The notes: a model not told the origin generated them from the sequence alone. A stretch of 16,233 nt of DNA from an uncultured Gammaproteobacteria bacterium (GCA_963827755.1 CAWHCQ010000029.1:1-16233); one strand, 5' to 3'. Shown: positions 6,823 through 16,087, counted from the first letter of the stretch. Translations and numbers: made by a program.

Positions 6823-8958
6823 ATGAAAGGGAAACCGTTTAAATTTCTTCTCTGGTCTTTGCTGCTACTGGTTGGCCTGGTTGTCGTGGCCATCGTGGTA
6901 TTGCCGCTGATCATCGATCCGAATGACTACAAGCCCGAGATTGCAGCGGCTGTGAAGGAGCAGACCGGCAGGAACCTGGAGATCGAGGGGGATATTTCCC
7001 TGTCGGTATTTCCCTGGCTGGGGCTGGATATCGGGCCGACGCGGTTAAGCAATGCCGAAGGGTTTGCAGACCCCTACATGGCCCGTATGGATGCGGTGCA
7101 GGTGCGGATCAAGCTGGTTCCCCTGCTGAGCAAGCAGCTCGAAGTGGACAAGGTCAGGCTTTCAGGGTTGCAGCTCAACCTGGCGAAAGACAAGGCGGGC
7201 CGCAGCAACTGGGCGGACCTGCAGGACCGGCAGGCCGCGACACAGAAAGATGCTCCAGCCGCTGCGGCAGGGAGTGAACCGGGCGGCGCCGCGACCCTGG
7301 AAAGCCTGTCCATCGGCGGCATCAGGATTGTCGATGCCAAACTGGTCTGGGACGACCGTGCTGCTGATTCCAGGTACGAGATCGATGAGCTGTCCTTTAC
7401 CACGGGGGCCATTGAACCCGGCGAGCGTTTTGATATCGACCTGCAGTTCAAACTTGCAGCCAAACAGCCGGCCGCGACCGGGGCGTTTTCCCTCAAGGGT
7501 GATGTGCTGATTGCGCCTTCGCTGAAGGCGATCGATATATCCGGCGCAAAACTCGTGGTCGATGCAGCAGGCGACGGTGTCCCTGCCGGCAGGACAAGCG
7601 TGTCGCTGGCCACGGATATTGCCCTCGATCTCGAAGCACAGACATTGAGCATGCCGGCTGTGGTACTGAAGGCGCTGGGCATGAATATCACGGGTAATAT
7701 AGCCGGCACGAAAATCAGCGGCGACGATGCGCAATTCAAGGGAGTATTCAGTGTCGCAGACTTTGCGCCGCGTGACCTGATCAAGGCACTGGGGCAGGCC
7801 AGCCCGGTGACGGCCGACAGCAAGGTGCTTGGCAGTGCCAACGCAAGGCTGGAGTGGACGGCCTCGATGAAAGACTTTTCCGCCAATGTCGTGCAGGTGC
7901 GCCTCGATGACACCGCTGTCAAAGGCAATGCAAGCGTTGCCCGGTTCGATGCGCCGGCAATTTCATTTGCCCTTGCTGTCGACCAGTTCGACCTCGACCG
8001 TTACCTGCCACCCGCCGGCGAAGATGACAAGGCTGCAACGGGCAAGGGGGAGACCACTTCTGCAGGCAAGAGTGATGCCGGTGAATTGCCACTGGAGACA
8101 CTGCGCGGTTTGAATCTGAACGGCAAGCTGGAAATAGGAACATTGAAGGCATTCAACCTGCGCAGCACCAATGTCGAGATGCAGGTCAAGGCCAAAAACG
8201 GGGTGATCCGTGTTACCCCGGCAAGCGCGCTTTTATATAACGGCAATGTACAGAATGACATTACCCTGGATGTTCGCAATAAAACGCCGCGCCTGACACT
8301 CGTCAATGATGTCAACAAGGTGCAGGCCGGGCCGTTGCTGCATGACCTGACAGGCAAGGAGAAACTGCTGGGTACCGCCGACTTGCATTCAAATATCAAT
8401 GCAGTCGGCACAACGGCTGATGCCATCAAGCAATCGTTAAGCGGCAACGCCTCTTTTTCTTTTACGGACGGTGCCGTCAAGGGTGTGAATATCGCAGCAC
8501 TGATACGCAATGCCAGGGCAAAACTCAAAGGCGAACCGGCCCCTGCAACCAGCGGGCCCAACCAGACTGATTTTACCGAAATGAAGGGTAGCGTAGTTCT
8601 CAGCAACGGTCTGGTCCGCAATGATGACCTGATGATGTCCTCGCCGCTGCTGCGCCTGACCGGCAAGGGTGAAGTCAGCCTTCCAAAAGAGACCATTGAT
8701 TACACCCTGACAGCCAAGCTTGTCGGCAGCCTGGAGGGCCAGGGTGGTGCAGCCCTGGGTGACCTGAAAGGGGTTTCGATACCCGTGCATGTCGGTGGCA
8801 CCTTCAGCAAGCCAAGCTATGCCCCCGATCTTGGTGCGGCATTGAGTGATGCGGCCAAGGCAAAAGTGGAAGAGAAGGTTGAAGAGCAAAAACAGAAGAT
8901 ACAGGAAAAAATCGGCGATAAACTGCAGGACAAGTTGCTGAAAGGTCTGTTCAAGTAG
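6823..8958 (+). CDS. asmA: AsmA family protein (N-terminally anchored periplasmic beta-groove protein)
   Basis: N-terminal TM helix followed by DPNDYKPEI...TGRNLEIEGDISLSVFPWLG; FDLDRYLP; C-terminal TDFTEM...NGLVRNDDL...SPLLRLTGKG...IPVHVGG. Adjacent to mutY-yggX. Confidence 0.92.
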   Translation: MKGKPFKFLLWSLLLLVGLVVVAIVVLPLIIDPNDYKPEIAAAVKEQTGRNLEIEGDISLSVFPWLGLDIGPTRLSNAEGFADPYMARMDAVQVRIKLVPLLSKQLEVDKVRLSGLQLNLAKDKAGRSNWADLQDRQAATQKDAPAAAAGSEPGGAATLESLSIGGIRIVDAKLVWDDRAADSRYEIDELSFTTGAIEPGERFDIDLQFKLAAKQPAATGAFSLKGDVLIAPSLKAIDISGAKLVVDAAGDGVPAGRTSVSLATDIALDLEAQTLSMPAVVLKALGMNITGNIAGTKISGDDAQFKGVFSVADFAPRDLIKALGQASPVTADSKVLGSANARLEWTASMKDFSANVVQVRLDDTAVKGNASVARFDAPAISFALAVDQFDLDRYLPPAGEDDKAATGKGETTSAGKSDAGELPLETLRGLNLNGKLEIGTLKAFNLRSTNVEMQVKAKNGVIRVTPASALLYNGNVQNDITLDVRNKTPRLTLVNDVNKVQAGPLLHDLTGKEKLLGTADLHSNINAVGTTADAIKQSLSGNASFSFTDGAVKGVNIAALIRNARAKLKGEPAPATSGPNQTDFTEMKGSVVLSNGLVRNDDLMMSSPLLRLTGKGEVSLPKETIDYTLTAKLVGSLEGQGGAALGDLKGVSIPVHVGGTFSKPSYAPDLGAALSDAAKAKVEEKVEEQKQKIQEKIGDKLQDKLLKGLFK

Positions 8959-8962
8959 GCCG

Positions 8963-9523
8963 GTGAGCAAGGTGCGCGCTGTTCTTTCAGTACTCCTGCT
9001 GATCCCGCTGCTGGCGGCTGCCGGTGAGGTGGTTGAGTCTTCGGTGGTGCTCGATGCAGACGTTTACAGCATCGATGTGCTGGTGCGCATCGAGGCGCCG
9101 CTGGAAGTCGTTCACCGGGCGATCACGGACTATGATCATCTGACCGAAATAAATCCTTCGATTGTTGAAAGTCATATTCTCGAGGAGCAAGGTGCAGGAC
9201 GCTATCGGGTTTATACACGGATCAAGTTGTGTGTGCTGTTCTTCTGCAAACAATTCATACAGGTCCAGGATATTGTCGAGCAGGGTAATGCAGTGGTGAA
9301 GGCCACCATCCTGCCGGAGAGAAGTGACTTCGAGTCCGGCAGTGCAAGCTGGGATCTTGTCGTGGCAGACGGTGTCACCTACATGGAGTTCAGCGCTAAA
9401 GTCGACCCCGAATTCTGGGTGCCACCGCTGATCGGAACATGGCTGGTCGAGCGCGAAATGATCCGGCAGGTCCTGGCAACTGCCAGCTATATTGAAAAGC
9501 AGGTTGCTGCGTCGGGTTCCTGA
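8963..9523 (+). CDS. Secreted SRPBCC/START (polyketide cyclase-like) family protein
   Basis: Signal-peptide-like N-terminus ending LLAAA. IEAPLEVVHRAITDYDHLTEINPSI, SDFESGSASW and PEFWVPPLIG are typical of SRPBCC-fold proteins. GTG start 4 bp after the asmA stop. Confidence 0.7.
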   Translation: MSKVRAVLSVLLLIPLLAAAGEVVESSVVLDADVYSIDVLVRIEAPLEVVHRAITDYDHLTEINPSIVESHILEEQGAGRYRVYTRIKLCVLFFCKQFIQVQDIVEQGNAVVKATILPERSDFESGSASWDLVVADGVTYMEFSAKVDPEFWVPPLIGTWLVEREMIRQVLATASYIEKQVAASGS

Positions 9524-9553
9524 TACTTGTTCTACATGAAACTGATTAATAAT

Positions 9554-9752
9554 TTAGCCACGGAACCCACGGAAGAACACGGAAAAATTAACAACAAAAT
9601 TCAATTGCTAAAAACAAAAAACTATTCTGGTAAGGCATTTATTATTTGATGGGTTCTGTGACTAAAGAGATTTTGTATTTTTCCGTGTTCTTCCGTGGAT
9701 TCCGTGGCTAATGATTTTTCGATTTACCTTTCCGTGTGTTTCCGTGGCTAAT
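9554..9752. mobile_element. MITE-like element: 35-bp inverted repeats built from CACGGAA heptamers, plus an extra partial right arm
   Basis: 9554-9588 TTAGCCACGGAACCCACGGAAGAACACGGAAAAAT pairs with 9677-9711 (one mismatch) around an 88-bp AT-rich core. Partial third arm at 9729-9752. Mobility is inferred, not shown. Confidence 0.65.
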
Positions 9753-9822
9753 AAAAAAGAATCCGCTACCCGGTCAGAATTTACCTCGGCACCCGTTATT
9801 GAAGTCCAGCAAGCGTACCGTC

Positions 9823-10872
9823 ATGGAATTCAGTAACAATATCCTCGCCTGGTATGAACAGCACGGGCGCAAGGACCTGCCCTGGCAACAGCCGCGTTCG
9901 GCCTACTGTGTCTGGATATCGGAAATCATGTTGCAGCAGACCCGGGTGGCCACGGTCATTCCCTATTACGAGCGCTTCATGGCGCGCTTTCCCGATATAG
10001 CTGACCTGGCGGGTGCCGGGCAGGACCAGGTGCTGCATTACTGGTCAGGCCTGGGCTATTACGCCCGCGCCCGAAACCTGCACGCCGCGGCACGGCGGAT
10101 TCTGGAGGACCATGGCGGTCAATTCCCCGAATCATTTGAAGCGGTGCTGGCACTGCCGGGTGTCGGCCGTTCCACTGCCGGTGCGATTCTTGCGCTTGCC
10201 TTCGGGCAGCAGCATACGATCCTTGATGGCAATGTGAAGCGCGTGCTGTCGCGCTATTACTGCGTCGAGGGTTGGCCCGGGCAGTCCGCGGTGCAGAAAA
10301 AATTATGGCAGCTCGCAGAACTCCATACGCCTGATCAGCGCGTGATGGAGTACACGCAAGCCATCATGGATCTGGGGGCGACGGTCTGTACCCGCACCAA
10401 CCCGGCGTGCAATGATTGCCCGCTGTATGCCGGTTGCATGGCGCGGACCAACGCTTGCCAGGCGGCCTTTCCGTCGCCGCGGCCACGCCGGAAATTACCC
10501 GTTCGCGCAACCCGAATGCTGTTGTTGACCAATGAACACCGCGAGGTAGTGATCGAGAAACGCCCGGCCGCCGGGATATGGGGCGGCCTGTGGAGCTTCC
10601 CGGAGATTTCAGCGGATACTGCCATTGATGAGTGGTGCAGGGACGTTACCGGGTATGCTGTAACAAGAACCGAGCAGTGGCCGGTTGTCAGGCATACCTT
10701 CAGTCACTTTCATCTCGATATTACCCCGGTCATTGCCGTTGCGGGTATTCCGCTGGACCGGGTGATGGAAGACGGCGACCGGCTTTGGTATAACACAGGC
10801 AGTAAAGACGAGCTGGGCTTTGCAGCCCCGGTGGAAAAGCTGCTGGGCCGTCTGGCGCAGTGGCAGGCATGA
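9823..10872 (+). CDS. mutY: A/G-specific adenine DNA glycosylase MutY
   Basis: GRKDLPWQ, VWISEIMLQQT, WSGLGYYARARNLH, HhH LPGVGRSTAGAI, LDGNVKRVL, Fe-S CTRTNPACNDCPLYAGC, GIWGGLWSFP and HTFSHF. Start reassigned to ATG 9823. Confidence 0.96.
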   Translation: MEFSNNILAWYEQHGRKDLPWQQPRSAYCVWISEIMLQQTRVATVIPYYERFMARFPDIADLAGAGQDQVLHYWSGLGYYARARNLHAAARRILEDHGGQFPESFEAVLALPGVGRSTAGAILALAFGQQHTILDGNVKRVLSRYYCVEGWPGQSAVQKKLWQLAELHTPDQRVMEYTQAIMDLGATVCTRTNPACNDCPLYAGCMARTNACQAAFPSPRPRRKLPVRATRMLLLTNEHREVVIEKRPAAGIWGGLWSFPEISADTAIDEWCRDVTGYAVTRTEQWPVVRHTFSHFHLDITPVIAVAGIPLDRVMEDGDRLWYNTGSKDELGFAAPVEKLLGRLAQWQA

Positions 10873-10907
10873 TGAGGGGATATAAATCGGGCAGTTTTCC
10901 TGTTTTA

Positions 10908-10944
10908 TCCCCTCTCCCCAGCCCTCTCCCTGTGGAAGAGGGAG
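10908..10944. repeat. BoxC-like pyrimidine/purine palindromic repeat
   Basis: TCCCCTCTCCCCAGCCCTCTCCCTGTGGAAGAGGGAG resembles the CCCCTCxCCCxxxCCCTCTCCCxxxxGGGAGAGGG intergenic repeat family (E. coli BoxC-type). Confidence 0.65.
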
Positions 10945-10966
10945 TTGACGGAGCAGTGGTGATCAT

Positions 10967-11245
10967 ATGACGCGAATGGTGCAATGTGTAAAGCTTGAAA
11001 AGGAAGCGGAAGGCCTGGATGCGCCGCCGTATCCCGGTGAACTGGGCCAGCGTATTTTCGAGGGTGTTTCAAAAGAGGCCTGGCAGCTGTGGTTGAAACA
11101 CCAGACGATACTGATCAACGAGCATCGTATCTCGCCGATCGATCCCAAGGCGCGCAAGTTTCTCGAAGAGGAGATGGAGAAATTTTTCTTTGGCGGGGGC
11201 ACGGAAATGCCCGCCGGTTTTGTGCCACCCGTCAAGCCCGGGTAG
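10967..11245 (+). CDS. yggX: Fe(II)-trafficking / oxidative damage protection protein YggX
   Basis: [54 protein letters not shown]; canonical position after mutY. Confidence 0.95.
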   Translation: MTRMVQCVKLEKEAEGLDAPPYPGELGQRIFEGVSKEAWQLWLKHQTILINEHRISPIDPKARKFLEEEMEKFFFGGGTEMPAGFVPPVKPG

Positions 11246-11307
11246 TTCAGCTTGAAATACACAATCAAAAGCACGGGACTCGCCTGCCTGTCTCAGGGTG
11301 ACTTTAT

Positions 11308-12189
11308 ATGAAAGGTATTATTCTTGCCGGTGGCAGCGGTACCCGGCTGCACCCGTTGACGCTCACGGTCAGCAAGCAGCTGATGCCGGTCTATGACAAG
11401 CCGCTGATCTACTACCCCCTGTCCACCCTGATGCTGGCGGGCATCCGCGAGATACTGTTGATTTCAACACCGCAGGATTTGCCGAATTTCAGGCAATTGC
11501 TCGGCGACGGCAGCCAGATCGGCCTCGATATCCGGTACGCCGAGCAGCCAAACCCGGGCGGGCTGGCCGAGGCCTTCCTGATCGGGCGCGAGTTTATCAA
11601 TGGCGGGTCGGTCTGCCTGATACTCGGGGACAATATTTTCTACGGACACGGCCTGGCGACAACGCTGCAGCGCGCGGCCGCCCTGGAAAGCGGTGCGACC
11701 GTATTTGCCTACCGGGTGCGCGACCCGCAGCGTTATGGTGTGGTGGAATTCAGTGCCGCGGGCCAGGCGTTGAGTATTGAAGAAAAGCCGGCACAGCCGA
11801 AGTCGCATTATGCGGTCACCGGGCTTTACTTTTACGACAGGCAGGTGGTGGATATCGCGGCCGGTCTGTCACCGTCGCCGCGCGGGGAACTTGAAATTAC
11901 CGATGTAAACCGTACCTATCTTCAACAGCAGACACTGAATGTGGAGGTGTTTGGCAGGGGGACGGCGTGGCTGGATACCGGGACGCATGAATCCTTGCTG
12001 CAGGCGGCTATCTATATAGAGGCCATTGAGCAGCGCCAGGGTTTGAAGGTCGCGTGTATCGAGGAGGTCGCCTATCGCATGGGCTATATTTCGGCGACGC
12101 AAATGGAGCAGCTGGCTGTGCCGCTGAAAAAGAACAGTTATGGACAGTACCTGCTCGATATGTTGAAAGAAGCCCCGGGCCGGTCATGA
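11308..12189 (+). CDS. rfbA: Glucose-1-phosphate thymidylyltransferase RmlA/RfbA
   Basis: [47 protein letters not shown] and [11 protein letters not shown] motifs. Confidence 0.97.
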   Translation: MKGIILAGGSGTRLHPLTLTVSKQLMPVYDKPLIYYPLSTLMLAGIREILLISTPQDLPNFRQLLGDGSQIGLDIRYAEQPNPGGLAEAFLIGREFINGGSVCLILGDNIFYGHGLATTLQRAAALESGATVFAYRVRDPQRYGVVEFSAAGQALSIEEKPAQPKSHYAVTGLYFYDRQVVDIAAGLSPSPRGELEITDVNRTYLQQQTLNVEVFGRGTAWLDTGTHESLLQAAIYIEAIEQRQGLKVACIEEVAYRMGYISATQMEQLAVPLKKNSYGQYLLDMLKEAPGRS

Positions 12190-12740
12190 AGGTAATTCCC
12201 ACCGCGCACCCGGAGGTCCTGCTGGTCGAGCCGGATATTTTCAGGGATGAGCGCGGCTTCTTCATGGAGTCTTTTCATGCCGGGAAATACCCGCAGCACG
12301 GGCTCCCCGGTACATTCATGCAGGATAACCACTCGCGTTCCTCCCGCGGTGTGCTGAGGGGGCTGCACTATCAGCTCGAGCACCCGCAGGGCAAGCTGGT
12401 ACGCGTGGTAACCGGGGAAGTACTTGATGTGGCGGTGGATATTCGCAAGGGTTCGCCGCGCTTCGGGGAGGCGGTCTGCGTGGTGTTGTCCGCGGATGAC
12501 CCGCGGCAGTTATACATACCCCCGGGGTTCGCGCACGGCTTCTGCACCCTGAGTGAGCAGGCTGATTTTCTTTATAAATGCACGGAGCTCTACGCGCCGG
12601 GCGACGAGTACGGCATTGCCTGGGATGACCCGGATCTTGCCATTGACTGGCCGCAGCTGGAATTCTCTTTATCGGAAAAGGACAAGATTAATCCGAGGCT
12701 GCGCGACAGTGACAACTTGCCCCTGTACGAGGCTGACTAG
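12186..12740 (+). CDS. rfbC: dTDP-4-dehydrorhamnose 3,5-epimerase RmlC/RfbC
   Basis: [35 protein letters not shown] and GFAHGF motifs. ATG 12186 overlaps the rfbA stop (ATGA). Confidence 0.96.
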   Translation: MKVIPTAHPEVLLVEPDIFRDERGFFMESFHAGKYPQHGLPGTFMQDNHSRSSRGVLRGLHYQLEHPQGKLVRVVTGEVLDVAVDIRKGSPRFGEAVCVVLSADDPRQLYIPPGFAHGFCTLSEQADFLYKCTELYAPGDEYGIAWDDPDLAIDWPQLEFSLSEKDKINPRLRDSDNLPLYEAD

Positions 12741-13615
12741 TGCGCGTGCTGGTGAGCGGAGCGACGGGCCAGCTGGGCCATGAAGTCGCGAGGGATTTTC
12801 GCTTGCAGGGCCATGAAGTGTATGCGCCCTCCCGCCGGCGAATGAACCTCGAGAATCCGGAAGAGGCGGCGGCTGCGGTGCGTTCGTATGCGCCGGACTG
12901 GGTCATCAATTGTGCGGCCTATACGCAGGTCGACAAGGCGGAAAGCGAGCCTGACAGGGCATTCACTATAAACCGCGACAGCCCCGCGGCCCTGGCGGCA
13001 GCCGTGGCAGACCAGGGCGGGCGGCTGCTGCAGGTCTCAACCGATTTTATTTTTGACGGGACAAAGACAACCCCCTACACCGAACAGGACAGGGCAAACC
13101 CGCTGGGGGTCTACGGTCAAAGCAAGCTGGCAGGTGAACTGGCCGTGCTCGATGCCTTGCCCGGGGCAACCGTGCTGCGCACCGCCTGGGTCTACGGTGC
13201 TTACGGCAACAACTTTGTGAAAACCATGTTGCGCCTGGCGGCAACAGGCAAGCCGCTGCGCGTCGTCAATGACCAGACAGGCTCGCCCACGTGGACGACG
13301 GATATCTCGGCTGCCATCCTGGCGCTGGTTGGCAAGGACAAAAGCGGTGTGTTCAACTACACCAATGCCGGCGAGACAAGCTGGCACGGTTTTGCCACTG
13401 CCATCCTGGACGAGGCATCCGTGCTCGGTTTCGATATCAAGACAGACGTTGTCGAGCCGATCCCGACATCCGGATATCCAACCCCGGCCAGAAGGCCGGC
13501 GTATTCCGTGCTCGATACGGCTAAAATAAAGAAATCCCTGGACTTGTATATTCCCCCGTGGCGGGACAGTCTGGTCAACATGCTGAAGGAGCTTCGAACA
13601 TGCGCAGACTGCTAG
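12740..13615 (+). CDS. rfbD: dTDP-4-dehydrorhamnose reductase RmlD/RfbD
   Basis: GATGQLG, INCAAYTQVDKAESE, STDFIFDG, YGQSKLAGE, DQTGSPT and YPTPARRPAYSVLD motifs. GTG start overlaps the rfbC stop (TAGTG). Confidence 0.96.
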   Translation: MRVLVSGATGQLGHEVARDFRLQGHEVYAPSRRRMNLENPEEAAAAVRSYAPDWVINCAAYTQVDKAESEPDRAFTINRDSPAALAAAVADQGGRLLQVSTDFIFDGTKTTPYTEQDRANPLGVYGQSKLAGELAVLDALPGATVLRTAWVYGAYGNNFVKTMLRLAATGKPLRVVNDQTGSPTWTTDISAAILALVGKDKSGVFNYTNAGETSWHGFATAILDEASVLGFDIKTDVVEPIPTSGYPTPARRPAYSVLDTAKIKKSLDLYIPPWRDSLVNMLKELRTCADC

Positions 13616-14646
13616 TCACCGGGGGCGCCGGCTTTATCGGTTCCAACTTCGTGCGCTACTGGCTCAGGCAGCACCCGCAGGACCGGGTCATCAACCTTGA
13701 CCTGCTGACCTACGCCGGAAACCTCGAGAACCTCACCGATATCGAGGCGCTGCCCGCCTACCGGTTTGTGCGCGGTGATATCAATGACCGGGCCCTGGTC
13801 GAGCAGCTGCTTGTCGAGGAGGACATCGACACCATCGTCAATTTTGCGGCCGAGTCCCACGTGGACCGCTCGATTCTTGGCCCCGAGGCCTTTATAACGA
13901 CCAATATCCACGGCACATTTTCCTTGCTGGAAGCGGCCAAATCGGTGTGGAAGGAATCTTCCCCGGCCCAGCGTTTTCTGCATGTGTCCACCGATGAGGT
14001 CTATGGCAGTCTCGGCAGGGATGAGCCGGCGTTCGACGAGGCGCATGCCTATGCACCGAACAGCCCGTACTCCGCCTCCAAGGCGGCGTCGGACCACCTG
14101 GTGCGCGCCTATCACAAGACCTACGGCATGCCGGTCGTCACCACGAACTGTTCGAACAACTATGGCCCGTACCAGTTTCCGGAAAAACTGATTCCGCTGA
14201 CGATCCTGAATGCGCTTGAAGGCAAGCCGATCCCGATATACGGCGATGGCAGGAATATCCGCGACTGGTTGTTTGTCGATGACCACTGCAGCGGTATCGA
14301 GGCGGTGCTGGAACGCGGAAAAACCGGCAGTGTTTACAATATCGGCGGTCTCAATGAATGGTATAACATCGATATCGTCAAGCTGATCTGTGACCGGCTC
14401 GACGAGCTCAAGCCGGGTGCGCATTCCTACAGCGACCAGGTTAGCTATGTAAAGGACCGCCCCGGGCACGACAGGCGTTACGCCATCGATGCCGGCAGAA
14501 TGAGCACTGAACTGGGATGGTCGCCGCAGCATGATTTCAGTGCCGGTATCGAGGCGACGATCCAGTGGTATCTTGCAAATCTGCCGTGGTGTGACCGGGT
14601 GCGCAGTGGCACCTACCAGGACTACTATGAGCAGCAATACGGCTAA
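13600..14646 (+). CDS. rfbB: dTDP-glucose 4,6-dehydratase RmlB/RfbB
   Basis: LVTGGAGFIGSNF, NFAAESHVDRSI, HVSTDEVYG, PNSPYSASKA and DRPGHDRRYAID motifs. AAGGAG at 13586-13591 before ATG 13600. Confidence 0.97.
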   Translation: MRRLLVTGGAGFIGSNFVRYWLRQHPQDRVINLDLLTYAGNLENLTDIEALPAYRFVRGDINDRALVEQLLVEEDIDTIVNFAAESHVDRSILGPEAFITTNIHGTFSLLEAAKSVWKESSPAQRFLHVSTDEVYGSLGRDEPAFDEAHAYAPNSPYSASKAASDHLVRAYHKTYGMPVVTTNCSNNYGPYQFPEKLIPLTILNALEGKPIPIYGDGRNIRDWLFVDDHCSGIEAVLERGKTGSVYNIGGLNEWYNIDIVKLICDRLDELKPGAHSYSDQVSYVKDRPGHDRRYAIDAGRMSTELGWSPQHDFSAGIEATIQWYLANLPWCDRVRSGTYQDYYEQQYG

Positions 14647-14675
14647 CAGGCCGATACAACCCCGGAGATCGACAC

Positions 14676-15965
14676 ATGTCCAGCAAAGCTGATTTAACCA
14701 TCGATGGCAAACACTATGAGCTCCCCGTCATCGAGGGCACCGAGGGCGAACGCGCCATCGATATCACCCGACTGCGCGAGCTCACCGGCGTGACCGCGCT
14801 CGACCCGGCCTATGGCAACACCGCGAGTTGTAGCAGCAACATCACCTACATCGACGGCGACCGGGGCATCCTGCGCTACCGTGGTATACCGCTGGACTGC
14901 TTTGCCGATCAATCAAATTTTGTAGAAGTTGCCTGGCTGCTGATTTTCGGCCACCTGCCCAACCATGCCGAGTACGAGAGTTTCAGTGCGGAACTTACCA
15001 GCAATGCGAACCTCGACGAGGATATGAAGCATCACTTCACGGGTTTCCCGCGCTCGGCGCCACCGATGGCCGTGCTCTCGGCCATGATCTCGACCCTGTC
15101 ATGTTTCCATCCGCAGCTGCTCGATCTCGATAATCCCGACCAGTTCGAGCAGGCAGCGGCGCGCCTGATCAGCAAGATTCGCACGCTCGCGGCCTATGCG
15201 TACCGGGGCCTGCATGGTCTGCCCTACATCTACCCGGATCCAAAACTCCCGTACGTGACCAACTTCCTGCACATGATGTTTTCCGAACCCTACCAGCCGT
15301 ACCTGTGCGAGCCGGAAGTCAGGAGCGCCCTCAACCTGGTGCTGATTCTGCATGCAGACCATGAGCAGAACTGCAGTACCTCGACGGTACGCATGGTGGG
15401 CTCGAGCCGCGCCAACCTGTTCGCCTCCTGTGCCGCGGGTGTGTCCGCACTGTGGGGACCGCTGCACGGCGGTGCGAATATCAAGGTCATCGAGATGCTC
15501 GAGGCCATCCACAAGGGCAAGCAGACACCGCAGGAATTCGTCGACCAGGCCAAGGACAAGTCCAGCAAGGTGCGCCTGATGGGCTTCGGCCATCGTATCT
15601 ACAAGAATTTCGATCCGCGCGCCACCATGCTGCGAACTGTCAGCGAACAACTGTTCAATAAACTCGGGGTGAACGACCCGCTGCTCGACATCGCCCGCAA
15701 CCTGGAGGATATCGCACTTCACGACGACTATTTTCTGGAACGCAAACTCTACCCGAATGTGGATTTCTACAGCGGCATCATCCTGCGCGCCATCGGCATC
15801 CCGACCAACATGTTCACCGTACTGTTTGCCATCGGCCGGCTGCCCGGCTGGATCGCCCACTGGTATGAACAGAACAGTGATCCGAAAATGCGCATCAGCC
15901 GGCCGCGCCAGATCTATACCGGCAATACCGGGACCCGGTATGTACCCATGGAGGAACGTGACTAA
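14676..15965 (+). CDS. gltA: Citrate synthase
   Basis: ITYIDGDRGILRYRG, ADHEQNCSTSTVR, GPLHGGAN, LMGFGHRIYKNFDPRA, LYPNVDFYSG and RPRQIY motifs; GGAG SD upstream. Confidence 0.96.
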   Translation: MSSKADLTIDGKHYELPVIEGTEGERAIDITRLRELTGVTALDPAYGNTASCSSNITYIDGDRGILRYRGIPLDCFADQSNFVEVAWLLIFGHLPNHAEYESFSAELTSNANLDEDMKHHFTGFPRSAPPMAVLSAMISTLSCFHPQLLDLDNPDQFEQAAARLISKIRTLAAYAYRGLHGLPYIYPDPKLPYVTNFLHMMFSEPYQPYLCEPEVRSALNLVLILHADHEQNCSTSTVRMVGSSRANLFASCAAGVSALWGPLHGGANIKVIEMLEAIHKGKQTPQEFVDQAKDKSSKVRLMGFGHRIYKNFDPRATMLRTVSEQLFNKLGVNDPLLDIARNLEDIALHDDYFLERKLYPNVDFYSGIILRAIGIPTNMFTVLFAIGRLPGWIAHWYEQNSDPKMRISRPRQIYTGNTGTRYVPMEERD

Positions 15966-16039
15966 AACGGTGTTTGATTGTACGGATGCAGAAATGGGTG
16001 ATTTTCATACCAGTAGCGTACTTTTGTGAGGCCTGTGCC

Positions 16040-16068
16040 TTGACTCCCGCTGGGCCAGACTATTTAAT
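16040..16068 (+). promoter_or_regulatory. Sigma70 promoter of tRNA-Phe
   Basis: TTGACT(16040-16045)-17-TTTAAT(16063-16068), followed by a GC-rich discriminator-like stretch typical of stable-RNA promoters. Confidence 0.75.
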
Positions 16069-16087
16069 ACGTCGCTCGCACCAAATC

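Noticed and set aside
9554-9752. CRISPR array or integron attC site
   Set aside because: The repeats are inverted or nested rather than direct with unique spacers; the ends are not RYYYAAC...GTTRRRY; no cas or intI gene is present.
9736-9822. MutY N-terminal extension from GTG 9736
   Set aside because: The GTG lies inside the repeat element, and MutY homology begins at about ATG 9823.
11236-11307. ops/JUMPstart element upstream of the rml genes
   Set aside because: Only CCGGGTAG at the yggX stop; no GGCGGTAG.
13612-14637. Long antisense ORFs (341 aa here; also 1431-2258, 5550-6425, 7074-7928, 8001-8696, 15099-15860)
   Set aside because: They are shadows of well-supported + strand genes, expected with high-GC codon bias, and contain no recognisable motifs.
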